64,000 nt of DNA from contig NOWV01000003.1 in the NCBI GenBank assembly GCA_003344405.1, positions 930,001 through 994,000 of the forward strand, written 5' to 3'. The first letter of the stretch is position 1. Every line of letters begins with the position of its first letter. Made by a program: the position numbers and the translations under genes. This stretch comes from Trichoplax sp. H2 (taxonomy: Eukaryota). The notes under the pieces are model-generated. The model saw only the letters and a list, made by a program, of their open reading frames with translations, made no database searches and had not been told where the DNA came from. This document shows, piece by piece, positions 13,301 to 26,319 of this stretch.

Positions 13301-15501
13301 GGTCGGCTTCTTTCGCGCCTGTAGTATTAGTTAGAATCGCAATTGTTTGTCTTTAATAAATTTTAACATAATTGCACTTTTATCAATCATCAATTTACGT
13401 ATAAACTATAAAGCATAAATAAGTATTTGCATTTAGGCTGTTTTATAAGGAGAGACTTATCAACGGTTCGTTATAAAATATAAAATTTTTCATTGTTTGT
13501 AATAACTCTACATCGTTACATGAGGCAAACTTATAACCTAGATATAATAATACGAACCTAGGATTTTACGATCCAACGGTATGAAGAGGCTACTGGCTGC
13601 AGAATTCTTACACTGATCTTCCTTATTACTTTCCTTAAGGTTTTTGTATAGAATTTCGTTATCGTTGCTACACACCTTACTGACTAATTTGTAATAACGT
13701 CGCTGCTGAAGAGGATTAATTACATCTTTTTTCTTTAACCGTTTCTGTCTCCATTTTACTATTCTGTTACGACGAAGCCCTTGGACTTCTACTTTCATAA
13801 ATTGCCGGTACTCAGGTATGTCTAGTCGATACAGCTTTTGATACCTTACATTATCTAGGTCAGCATGGCGATCAACTCGAAATGCATCTTGCGGCTTTAG
13901 ATTCGTTTCTTCTATCCATATGGTATTTGGCTTCTCCTTTATTGTACTTTTAAGAGTATCCTTTGAATGCACTTTCTTACGCTTCTTTTTATCGATTTCC
14001 TCCAATCCAAAAGTTACGTTGTGTTGTTGTTTTGGTGCCTGAACTATCCCTATAATTTTGTGAATGGGTTGACAGCATTGAGATTTGCATATTAGTAATT
14101 TAGAATGTAAACAAGTTAGCAGAACAGATACGTGTTTACACTTAAAATGTGCTATAATTTACTATCAGATCTAAGTTACCGATTATATACTGCAGTGATA
14201 GATCGTTCTAAATATAGGCACGATAAAGTGTATATATTATTTTACTAAGACGTCACTTTGAAATTCCAATTAAAGTGATGGGCAGTAAATTTAACAAAAT
14301 TAGTTCCTACAAAGGCTAAATTAGTAAGGATTCGATTTCTAAAGTGTAAAGATATGAATACGTATCACAGGAGTATAATTTTAATTTGATAATTATCACT
14401 GACTATTAAAATGGGTATCTTCATAGTCGTCGTAGGAATAAGGATCATAATCTTCCCAAGTGTAGTAATTTGCTTCAGTAACCTGCTGAGGATCGAAGCT
14501 TTCATTTCGTAACCAATCTATTTCATTTTCTGTTATTTGCATTGCATTTATTCGAAAAAAGAAATAGATTTAGCATCGTACGTCATTAAATATATAGTTA
14601 TTATTACATATTATATAAAGAAATGATTCATTTAATGCGCATACTATGGCATAATACTCAACGAGTACTGTATATTCAAGATCAATCAGGATAAAATCGT
14701 TAGAAATGATCAAAAGTATCTGATGGACGATCCCCTATTTTTACGTATTGTATTTTAAACCGACTTTATAGCATTAATAAGTCCCTAAATAGGGTAATCG
14801 AACTGCGTGAATATAGTTTACTGTGCAAAACTTCAGTTATAATGCAGACAGATAACAGCAGATAAATAGACGCTTTCACGTAGTATAATCGACTATAAAT
14901 CAATAGTATTGATGAAACTTTATCTTCGAGTACGGTAATATTTTATTTTAGCTACTACATATGCTATATATGCAATATTATATGATAGCGTAAGGTATCA
15001 AAAGCGAGATACTGTATTGAAAATTTCCAATATAATATAATTTTTTATGCTTCGACACTGATTGCTAGAGCCATTGTTGAATGGCGTACAAGTAGCTGGT
15101 TGACTGTTAACTTCATGTAATAAACAAGCAAACGAAGTTCTGAACTAAGGGCTTGCTTTCACAGTTATGCATTATGACTGATACAGTAAATGACAGCACT
15201 AAAAATGGGTCCAAATCTAGCAGTTAAGTGCATATAAATCACACAGAATATATAACGGAAATCAATCATTTTCTACTATAACCGATTTTGTTAACACCAG
15301 AAATCATGTCAGCAATCTTGCAAGCAAGGAGTTACAGGGAGCACATTACCGTATTCCGTAATAAATACATTTAATACATATACGTGTTAATAGACCTCGA
15401 TGGGATAACTCCTCGGCCTCTTGTTGGTAATCATGACTTTGCGTTAGAATAGGAAAGAGAGGCGTTGTATTTTGTCGATTGGAAGTAGGAGAAGTTTGCA
15501 T
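10252..15501 (-). CDS. NRDE2: NRDE2 (nuclear exosome / RNAi-related factor, HAT-like repeats)
   Basis: Probable start MQTSPTSNRQNTTPLFP at 15501; DWLRNESF exon (~14529-14404); exons ~14049-13557, ~13350-12533, ~12390-10710, ~10574-10502, ~10381-10252. Motifs LREHPDNIGLWLQFIQFQD, GHTEKAIACFQALIEFNCF, FWDSNIARFGE, FYRGLQSCPWAK, MVEKDIRIRTPVEE. The 5' exons are less certain. Confidence 0.9.
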
Positions 15502-15599
15502 CTCTTACCAGGAAAATCTTGACGAATGTTGCAGGAATGAAAGTATGAAACAGTGCTCGGTAAGGATTTGTACGAGTATACGGACGGATAAGACTTGCC

Positions 15600-15742
15600 T
15601 ACAGTATCTAGTACTGTACCATGACTCCTACCCATGCTCCCGCTCGAATATTACATACTGTTACTGCACTGTACAGTGTACAGTACTGCATGATACACTG
15701 TACTGTCAGTACACTACTACTACGCTACAGTATACAGTACAA
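15600..15742. repeat. ACTGT/ACAGT pentamer island upstream of NRDE2
   Basis: actgcactgtacagtgtacagtactgcatgatacactgtactgtcagtacactactac...cagtatacagtac, about 100-240 bp 5' of the ATG. Confidence 0.8.
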
Positions 15743-17586
15743 TCTACCATAGACTGGATTCAAAAACCAAAACAAGTAAAACTCCCAACAGCTTCACGAT
15801 TTCGTCTACATCAGTGGCAGTCTCCCGATACAAATTCCGAAGGAATTTTATTTACTAAAAGTAAACTATCACCGTTTCAAATACCGATCTAAAGCCACTT
15901 TTAAAATGACAAAAAATAGCGTTGGATCAGTAATTTAAAACGGGAATAGGCCACTTTTAGCAAATTGAATTCCTTCAGAATTCATGTCAAGAGACTGCTA
16001 CTAATACAGCATACGCGTACACGAATCTGTGAAGCTGTTGGGAAATGTTGAATTTTGAAGTTTATTTTTGAATATAGTCTACAGTAGTCTATTTTTGGAT
16101 TGTACTATTACTATATCATCATACACGTACAGTGCGATATGTTACATAAGCGAATTTCTCTGCTGTGAATCTACTGTACTAGGTCTGTCTACTAATGTAG
16201 ACAAATCAACGGGTCCAGAACTCGCTTTAAATAATAGCTTCCAGTAAAGGCCCTAAACTACAGTTACTAAGCACTGGTAATATTTACTAAAGGGATTTGC
16301 ACTATCGCCTTTCGATTCCTGTATACTGTATAGTCAGTCAGTCACTTGAGGTATGCACTTAAAAAGACTGGAATAGACGAATCCAAAACAATTTCGGCTA
16401 TATGATAGTCTTTAAATGCAAGACCTCCATTATTCACACCCTTCATTGAAGTCTGATTGCCTTATATAACTAGAGTAGTTATAAATTCTGACTGAACGGT
16501 AAAAATTAGTCACAGATGAAATAGCAAATATTACATCTTTTCGAATTTAAAGTTATAGACTGCAATCCCTTTGTTGTTTTAGTTCCAGCAGAAGAATGGA
16601 AATCTGGGATACTACAGTAGATATACAGATGATGCACCGTATTTACTCCTTATCATATACTATCGAGGCTGTAAGATTCCACTATGAATATAAAATCTGC
16701 ACATTAAATGCATATAGTATATCGATCTTTACATAGCAAGGCAATAAAGTGTTCTACTCGAATGCACATAGGTAGTGACCCTTACTTTATACCATCACTT
16801 GCAAATGATACATTAGTTTAAGCTTATAGATCAAAGAGCTTTATCATAAGCAAAAATACGTCAATAAATAAATATGTTATCTATTAAGCAATTCTAGTGC
16901 AATAAAACCAGATCCAAACGCAATGGTAGTATTGTAACCCGAATAAATTAAATTAATCAATTAGCAATTTTTTGATAACATTAAAAATTTGCAATATTTG
17001 TTCTGTATCATTAAATATCATTGCATTTCATTTCCTGCATAATTATCTAGATTCATGTAGGAATTACTACATAAAATACGCAGACAGAATTTTACATAAT
17101 TAGTAATAATAGTCATAATCCAGCACTGATACGGTAAATTGAAATCATTAACATCATCGGCATTTATGTGATTTTTTCTAACTTTAGTAACTGTAACAAA
17201 TGCTGTTAATATCATACTGCCTTTAAACTATAGCAGTACAGCAAGATCTTTAATCAGTGCCTTTTTATTCCCAAAATAAACTATAAATAGATGATTATTT
17301 TAATATTATCATGGTGTGCAAAAAAATGATTGACGCAATAACTTAAAATATACTTCATTTTAGAATAAATTTAAATTTTATAACCGATGACCCAATTCCT
17401 GTATACTTAAAAGAAATAGCTACTATTTGCATAAAATATATTATAATTTTTGGAATTGATATGTTGAAGGTTTGTAGTGCTATAAATGACACTAATCACT
17501 CAATCGCAGTTAACATTTCTTACACATTCTTGCGATAGTCGGTGGTAACAGATAAATATTTTAAGAAGGATTACAAAACCCAAGAT

Positions 17587-20500
17587 CTATAACAAGTCCT
17601 TTGCCTTTATAACTAATCTATAACATAGAACGGAAACAATTTTTACAGGACTTAAGGTTAACAGATAAGTTTATAAAGGTATGTTACCTCCTATAGCTTC
17701 ATCTTCTTCAGTAGTAGTAGTAGATGCATAATTAATATCTGCAATTACTTTATCCATTTCTTTTTCAAAGTCATCAGGAGATCGTGATAGCTCTAAAAAT
17801 TAGATATTCATGTAATTATACTTTTCATAAAAATTTTTACATAACATGAACCAAAAAAGCGTTCAAGGAATCTCTTACGATCTTCATCTCCTTCTATATC
17901 ATCCTCATCATCAGAATTATCATGTAACATTCGTAGGCGATTCTTTCGACTATAATCACCCTCAGCATTTAATTCACTGTAATCATCGGACTTTTCATCA
18001 GAATCTGTTACTGTTAATACGTTAAGTATACATTTAAGAAGTTCAAAGAAATCCACATATCACCCAAGAAGATTATATTACCAAGGAAATAACTAAAACG
18101 AAAATATTTTCACTTATTAACATCAGTAAAACTTACCTTCATTATTATTGCTGTTGTCATTCATTTTTTCAGAAGCTAGTTGATGGGTAATAGCTTCAAA
18201 TTCAAACTCTCCTTTGAATTGAGGGTTTTCGGGCGAAATAAATCTGGGAGAATCTAGACTTGAATGGGTGGGCAATTTTTCAAAATGGGGCGTCGGATCT
18301 TCTTTATCGCTATCAATACTACTTGTCTGCTTTTCGAGTATTTCGTACTCTCTTCTTCTTGCCTTCATTTTATTTCTTTGACAGTATGAATAAATGTCTG
18401 CTAATAGTCTTTGCTGCATTACTTCGTGCCCCTATCAGTAATATTGCTATGGTTAGTGTCTACTGTAACATTTTTATATTATACAATGTCTATAAGCGAT
18501 TCACTAGTTAACAACCGGCTCTTTCTTCGGATCTTTATCAATATCAAGTCTCGTTAGTGATTCGTTGATTTTTAGACTAAGAGATAAGGCTAATAATCCT
18601 CCAGCTCTTATATCATTTTCTCTAAGGTCCAGTCTGATTAGTCTTTTATTATCAGCGATAACTTCAGCAATAGGTACAACACCTATTTAGAATAAGTTAC
18701 CCATAAATTTTTATAGAATACTGGATCTCAAAAATTTGTAAATAGCTATATTATAAGAGTAGCGTTACAAATACCTTGACAAGTAATTTTTGCTGACATT
18801 AATCCCAATCGTAATAAGGATCGGTTTTTAAGCAAGCCTGTCCTGATTATATGTATACCCTCGTTTGTAATTCGATTGCAACCAAGGTTTAATGTTTCTA
18901 GATGTTTCATTTCAGGCTATTCAACAAAAAATAATTCTTACATAATTTCAATGATCAATTATTAAATATGAAGGAATTTAATAAATAAGATTGTACCAGT
19001 GATCTAGCGAGATGTTTCATTCCTAAATGAGTTATTTGATTATTCCACAATACTATAGTTGCAAGACCTCCAGTACGTGGTTGCTCAGCTAACCCCTGGC
19101 ATAGATGAGCTAGACCGACATCCTTCAAAATTTTAATGATAACTTTAAATCATAATTTACACTTACTCGTAGTCGTAACAGCTTAAGCATTACTCTATTT
19201 TACGAGATTTTATTAACTTTGCCTTTACCTGAATAATATTATTTCGTAGATCAAGTAATGAAAGGGTAGAATTATATCTTAACATATTCGCCAGAGGCAC
19301 AGCGTCTGCTGATACTAGTTTGTTATCTCCGATAAATAGGTCTCTTAATGCTTCATTTAGTTTTAAGGCCGACGCTTGTTAGAGATAATTAAAATAAAAG
19401 AGTCTGATTTATGTCCTATTAATATGAAAATAAAACATCTAGATAAGTGTTTGACATACCTAAAAGGAACAGCGGCCGGCCGCTAACATGGGTATTTTCC
19501 ATATGTAGGGTAGATAGACAAGATTTTGCCCTTATCGTTCTAGCAAGTAGTGGTATACTTTGCTCGGTCCACGTTGTATTGCGCATATCAAAGTACTCTA
19601 TACTAGTCTACCATTTAAATGATCGAGAAGTATGTTTAGTGTTAATAGTTCAGTAGCAATGTATTAGTATTACGGGAAAGACTAGTAATATAGCAACCAA
19701 ACTTTTTCTTACATATGAATGTAATGTTTAATTTTGTATTAAACATACCTTTTTGATCATTCTAGAAGCAGCATGCCATCCTCGTAATCTGATTTTCGGG
19801 TTATAACCACAGCTCAATCTCATTGTGCTGTGATAGTACTCAAACATTTCAAATAAAGCTATTGCACCCTATGAGAGCAATCACAGATTGAAAAAAAATT
19901 GTAGAAAAAGTGCGATAAATATTAAGGAATAAATGTCTATCATACTTTAGAAAAATATTAAATATTATAATAGTACAGAATAAATTTATACCCAATACCG
20001 ACATTAGAGATCAAAACTAATAAATGTCACTAAAAAAAGTATCCAAGTGAACTAGTTGATTATGTGAAAGAAATTTTACGATTAGAATATGTTGAAGCCA
20101 ATTGATATTCAAACTTGAATGTAAAAAGCGTTGCTCACGGTATCAAGTAAATGGACTGTAAATTAAGAAATGTTGCTCTATAGTGTATCGTTATCGTATG
20201 AAGTCATGACTCTTTCCACTATTATTAAGTGTTGGAAAAGCGTTTAAGTAGACAAAACATGGACATGTTCTATTCTAAAGAAAAGTTAAAATACAAAATA
20301 CACACATGGTAAGTGCATAAAAGATTATTGCACTGTCTAGATGCGTAGCATGAGCACTTTATCATAATTTAGTAACACATGCTATAAAGATGGATAGGTA
20401 CCGAGACTGTGAATGCGAAGAGAAAGCGATTATACATTATCTGGCGATGATATGTCTCACCTCGTCGTCTAAACTGGTATTCTCAATATCGATAGTGATC

Positions 20501-23500
20501 CATCTCGCTCTTTTGAAAATTTCTTCTAGTGTTTCGCACGTTTTGTTGTCTGCTAATCTAGCATCTATAAAAAAATGGCATTAAAATTAGTTTAGTACTG
20601 TACGACTGCAGCAGTATGGGATAATTGTAATGATACGACAAAAATGATAAATATATCTTTGAAATTGAAAGATATAATTTACTTTCGTCTTAATCACATA
20701 CCTTTTAAATTCAGGTAAGCCTGTGGTTCATCAAAGTCAGTAATATTCTTATGAAAAAATATCGGGAAATGGTTATTATATGAAATGTTGATAGTTCGAT
20801 TGCAAATCCATTTGTTAGGTATATCATACACATTTATAATACCTCTAGTTGCTGTATCAATTTCTCTATGGGTTTAACTCTTAATTTAGCACAACTTTGT
20901 CGGTAAGCTGATATCATCTCGCTGGCGGTTGTAGCAGAAGCTATAAATAAAATGTAACTAGATCAGATACAAACTCGTATAATTTTAACTAGACCTTGCT
21001 TCTTTAATTGCAACTGTCTTCCTGTATTAAGTAGACAATAAGCATAATGACAAAATAACTTTGATGCTACATATATTATATGATACTGCACCCCATTAAC
21101 CTATTATTAAAATCAAATTTAGTTTCATAATTATTTTAAGCTTCAAAGTGTAGAGAGGATATACTTATTATGAGTGCAATAGGCATAACTAAAATGTTAT
21201 GTGAAACTTCACACAGCACAAATTAAATGATAAACTATTTAAGAAATCAAATCTAGTTTCAGGGGTATTTAAAGCTCCATGATGTGGAGAAATTTTCTTT
21301 ACTTTACATCAACAAGCATAAAATAGATGTTGTTTGTGACCAGAATTAACTTCAGATTGGTAAATGTCAAAAAAACTAAGTTAGATTTCAGTAAATACAG
21401 TATGATTGCGATGCTATAATATTTAGTAAAGAATAAAATAAAAGTGTGACAGCTTTATTCTATTCAGGGACTACAGTACTACCCCCAGAAACTCCTAGAA
21501 GTCCCAGACTACCCCCCCCTCCCAAAAAAAAAAAACTCTAAAAATGAATTAACCGATATCTTTGATCCACGTCAGATTTACTCAGATATGTACAGTACAG
21601 TGATAGAAACTCTTAACGGCCATTGCTAATATAATCAGTTTTGATAAAATATTACGTTCCATATCCACCTTATTTATTGCTATGAAATCGGAAGTAAAAT
21701 CTTGGATAACCTACAGGTGATTGCTAGAGGTTGATATATTTATAGGTTCGATGATGATAATGTTACTCTTAATGATGATATTGTGCTCATCAGTGTATTT
21801 TTAATTTATTGTATAGCTAGGACTTATTTCAACAGCTAGTAATAAATGTAGCTTCATCTTATACTGTACTGCAGTAGCTGGTATGAACTGTTAATAGAAT
21901 ATATCTATCTGGCTCTAGATAATTTACACGAACCTGATATGATGAATCATAATTAATTATTGCTAAAAGGTTGGTAACAACAAAATATATCTTATTATTA
22001 CGAATCGATAAGATTTCATCATCCGTTATATGTTTGTTTGGATAAATACGAATTCATCTGTTGAGTTATTATTAATATGGCACTTCAGTAGTCAGTCTAT
22101 GCAGTAATCTGTTTTCCACAGTAGAGAGCAACTGCTAACTTACACCTCTAAATGTACAGTACAATACTGGAAAGTTCACACATGGTCATGAAAATTTTTT
22201 TTTGACTACTAGCTACTTTAATTTCATCATTTAAAAAGTAACAAATTCACTATACTTAACTCTGGTAGAAAATGTACTAGTGTGAGTTTTTACATAGCCA
22301 GAATTTTATTTTTAGCTGAGATCAAATTATAGCAATTTTAAAAATTCGACCAGGCATTTTGCATTAACGTGCACAGTTTAGCAAGTTCACTAAAGTCAAT
22401 CATTGCTGACTGCCGATTGTGCTATTGGATGTATGATCCTTGAATTTAAAATCAGTCATGATTTTATTAATATTTTTTTAAATATATCATAGATATTGTC
22501 AGCCAATGTACTGTACTGAGCATTCACAGTGATTACATGTAATACACTCAATTGTAGTCATGATAAATTATTAATTAATTAACATCTGCGGTTTTATACT
22601 TTTGTTAATCTTACAGTATGGTACCGTAAAATGTACGGGGTGAGATATACTCGAAAAAGCTGTGGGAAATCATACAAGTACAGTATATGATTTACTGAGA
22701 ACGTGGGCTTCTAAACATTCAAATACCTTGAATAAGTTCTAGGATAATTATGACATGGTTTACATTCGATATGCTTTAATAAAAGAGGACGTATCTAACT
22801 TGCAGTGTTGAGCGAGTGTTGATCAGTTTTTTTTAAGACAAATTATAATACTGTGGTTTGACCACTACTAAGATTAGCTTAATAAAAGGTGGCTAAATCT
22901 TACTACACATTCTGGATTAACGATTTTTTTAAATCTACTATATACCTAGAGTTGGAAAGTGTATTATAAATTACTGCCATAAGAATTCGTTACAGCATTT
23001 TTGGTGGTAGTATAGTTATATTTTATCACTTATTAGAAAGCACTCTTTAGTTTATGTTTTTGTTAGTTGTGAAAGATGTCTTGAACTTGAAAGAGCGTTC
23101 CGATTGTTTTCGATTCAAAGTACTGTAAAGGCTAATGATAGTGCCATTTAAAGTATACAGTCCATTCAGTACATGATAAAACTAACTAATAACAAAGTTA
23201 CCAACTGTACTCTCTATATTGTGTACAATTCTAAAGACTTTTACCGAATTCGTATGAAGTAAATAAATCAGTGCATGTTAACTCGGTTAAATCAAGGACA
23301 ATTTGAATTAGAGAGCTGTTCAACTGGTAACAGAATGGGGTTCTACTGGAAGTAAAAGCAATCGAGAATGATAGAGCAGCAATAAAGCGTATGTTCCATT
23401 AATTTCAACTTGTACGTATCAGAAATAAAAGAAACTGGAGTGAAAACAGATACTGTACATCCATGGTTTTATCATATCGAAGAAGCCATATGAATACTAT

Positions 23501-24077
23501 TTGAATAAAAAGGCACTTGATACGTATGGTATACTATATAGTATCGGTGTAATGTGGCAAAGTTTGTTTTAGAGATTGGTTAGCAATAAATAAAGATGAT
23601 GATGATGAGATGAAGATTAATACTAGTCGATGATGCTTACTTTTATTTTTGAATTGAACTATTCTACTAGTTTAATATCAAGTTCTATTGTACTCCTTTC
23701 GATTTACCTGCAATCAAAGGATCCTTCACTTCAGCAACACCAGAAACTAAATTTTCATCGGAAAATTTGACAATCTTCTTGCCGCTTCCACTTGATAACG
23801 ATTCATCGTCATTGTTATATTGTTGTGGATGTGAATGATGAGAGTTATCTTGAATAGTAGGAGCATTAGCGTCGTGTTGATCATCAGCAAGATCTGTAGT
23901 GCTCTCTTTAGGTTGAAGATCTTCACTGACATTAGCCTCTATCTTTTCTTCCACCAAGGAGGCATGTTGTCCTTTGACATCGTTAATACTGATATCGACA
24001 CTAACCTCTTCTTGTAGCTCTGCTGATTTATCGCTTAGCACATGTGTATCAATTGCCAACTGATCGTCGTTACTCAT
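17587..24077 (-). CDS. PPP1R37: Protein phosphatase 1 regulatory subunit 37 (LRRC68), multi-exon
   Basis: Exon 1 (24077-~23708) has the RVxF-type KIVKF and SDENLVSGVAEVKDP. After a ~2.8 kb intron come LRR exons: SAYRQSCAKL, TCETLEEIFKR, GAIALFEMFEYY, GLATIVLWNNQITHLG, LIRLDLRENDIRAGGLLALSLSLKINESLTRLDIDKDPKKE. Acidic C-terminus; the final exon and stop are uncertain. Confidence 0.9.
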
Positions 24078-24289
24078 TCTTGGTAAATAGTATATCTAAA
24101 CCACGACGGAAAGGTAGCTCAAGTTGATACACAAATCAGGCTACCTTGTCTAACTAAAGGGGAAATTTTGAAGCAATAGAAGATACAAATTAACGATTCG
24201 CTAGATATCTAATTTATTTTCGATCTTATAGTAATTATCATCAATGTTTATTATGATGAATTGATCAATATGATCGTGATTGAGACAGA

Positions 24290-24550
24290 CCAGTACAGTA
24301 CGGTGGTAAAATGGAGAGTACTGTACACTGTAGACTGTACTCTACCACTCGGGCTCTCTGTGTACTGTACAAGTGTATAGGACAGTACGTCCAGTACAGT
24401 ACAGTGCTGTGTCAAGTCTAGTGTCAACAGCTTGAGCAATACGACTAACACGAAGTGAGCTAAAAATTGAAGATGGCCAAGGATGATTCTATGCAGTACT
24501 GTAATTATTATGGCGGCAGATAGAGGAGTTATTGATTGCACAGTACAGCA
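24290..24550. repeat. ACTGT/ACAGT pentamer island upstream of PPP1R37, with YY1-like ATGGC motifs
   Basis: cagtacagtacgg...gtactgtacactgtagactgtac...cagtacagtacagtgc; aagatggcc (~24470) and tatggcggc (~24509). Confidence 0.7.
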
Positions 24551-24614
24551 ATAAGGTCGTGAAATAGCCATCTAAATCTTCTTGGATACTTTAGCTGTGA
24601 GCTATGGTAAAAAA

Positions 24615-24685
24615 CTATGTGAAAATAGATACCATATGAAATGGTAGACTGTCTATCGTTTGATATGGTATCTATTTTCACATAG
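24615..24685. repeat. 71-bp near-perfect palindrome (inverted repeat)
   Basis: ctatgtgaaaatagataccatat (24615-24637) is the exact reverse complement of 24663-24685; the inner 25 nt also pair, with one G/G mismatch and two G-T pairs. Confidence 0.92.
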
Positions 24686-25273
24686 GCAGCGCAACAGAGC
24701 ACTCTATCGTTTTACAAGTCTATTTGACGTTATTATAGTATCGGCGAAAGTATTATAGAGTAATGACTAACAAGTATTGAATCAATCTTATATATCGATA
24801 CTGTGTATATACACTTCTTCTCATACTGCATTGGTAAAGCCTTATTCAACTTATTGATTGAAATTCAATTTAAACCAGCTTAACCGTAAATATTCCCCTA
24901 GTTTTGCTCAAAGATTTCACTGTTCTATAATCGTAGCATTTCCAGGGCGTACAGTCGTACACTACTTGTAAATAGTACAATTACAGATGATGTACACTAC
25001 TGTACATGGTAAAGTGTTCAAGTTAAAATGGCCAACAAAATGATCGGCTGTGCATTTTCCAGCAACGGTGAACAGCTGCAGTTGCCTTAATCATTGGGCC
25101 AAAATCAGATTGGGCTGTCAATTTTGTCCAAATCCTTTTACATCAGTATAACCCACATCTTTCTGCAGTGGACAACGATAGTACTGTACACTACAGTTGC
25201 TACCGGTGTAACCAACATCTTTCTGTATACGCAAGTACAGTTGCTACCGGTGTACAAGTGCAGTAGTACTAGT

Positions 25274-26148
25274 ACTGCACAGTATGTCATTTTTCACAGC
25301 CAACAGGCTCCCAGCCAGTGATACCGACCACACAAGTTACCACTGACTTTACCAGTCATATGGTTATTATCAACTTGATGGTCTCCAGGAAAGTCCGTCT
25401 GTATGTCTGTACCGCATCCTGCCGAGTCACTTGTACTAGTACTGTACACTACTAGTACAGTACAGTACTGTATGTCATTTTTCACAGCCACAGGCTCACA
25501 GCTAGTGATACCGACCGTATCACACAAGTTACCACTGACTTTACCAGTCATATGGTTACTATCAACTTGATGGTCTCCAGGAAAGTCCGTCTGCACGTCT
25601 GTACCGCACCCTGCCGAGTCACTTGTACTAGTACACTACTAGTACTGCACAGTATGTCATTTTTCACAGCCACAGGCTCCCAACTGGTGATACCGACCGT
25701 GTCACACACACACACTTACCACTGACTTTACCAGTCATATGGTTACTATCAACTTGATCGTCTCCAGGAAAGTCCGTCTATACGTCTGTATCGAATCCTG
25801 CCGAGTCACTTGTACTGCACAGTATGTCATTTTTCACAGCCACAGGCTCACAGCTAGTGATACCGACCGTGTCACACACACACTTACCACTGACTTTACC
25901 AGTCATATGGTTACTATCAACTTGATCGTCTCCAGGAAAGTCCGTCTATACGTCTGTAACGAATCCTGCCGAGTCACTTGTACTGCACAGTATGTCATTT
26001 TTCACAGCCACAGGCAAAGTCACAGCTAGTGATACCGACCGTGTCACACACACACACTTACCACTGACTTTACCAGTCATATGGTTATTATCAACTTGAT
26101 GGTCTCCAGGAAAGTCCGTCTATACGTCTGTACCGCATCCTGCCGAGT
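25274..26148. repeat. Tandem array of five ~168-188 bp units
   Basis: Marker tatgtcatttttcacagcc at 25283, 25471, 25653, 25823 and 25991; conserved core ttaccactgactttaccagtcatatggtta(c/t)tatcaacttgat(g/c)gtctccaggaaagtccgtct. Confidence 0.97.
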
Positions 26149-26319
26149 AGTGTACAAGTGTACAGTGTACAGTACGGTATTTACCGTTCGTTGCTTCTTC
26201 CTCCGCAGCTGTGCCCTGCCAGCTCTTCTAAATCTACAGAGATTAACTACTAGACTGTTGTTTAGTTTGGCTTAATTTGAACTGGAATTATTTTAAGGGA
26301 TTGAATTCATCATCCAATC

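Noticed and set aside
21512..21535. C-run followed by A-run in PPP1R37 intron 1 as a retroelement tail
   Set aside because: No upstream element body or target-site duplication visible.
25274..26148. Tandem array as a CRISPR array or as a repeat protein (ORFs 25294-25596, 25739-26029, 26081-26275)
   Set aside because: Whole units are repeated with no unique spacers, there are no cas genes and the context is eukaryotic. Unit lengths vary by non-multiples of three, so no frame is preserved.
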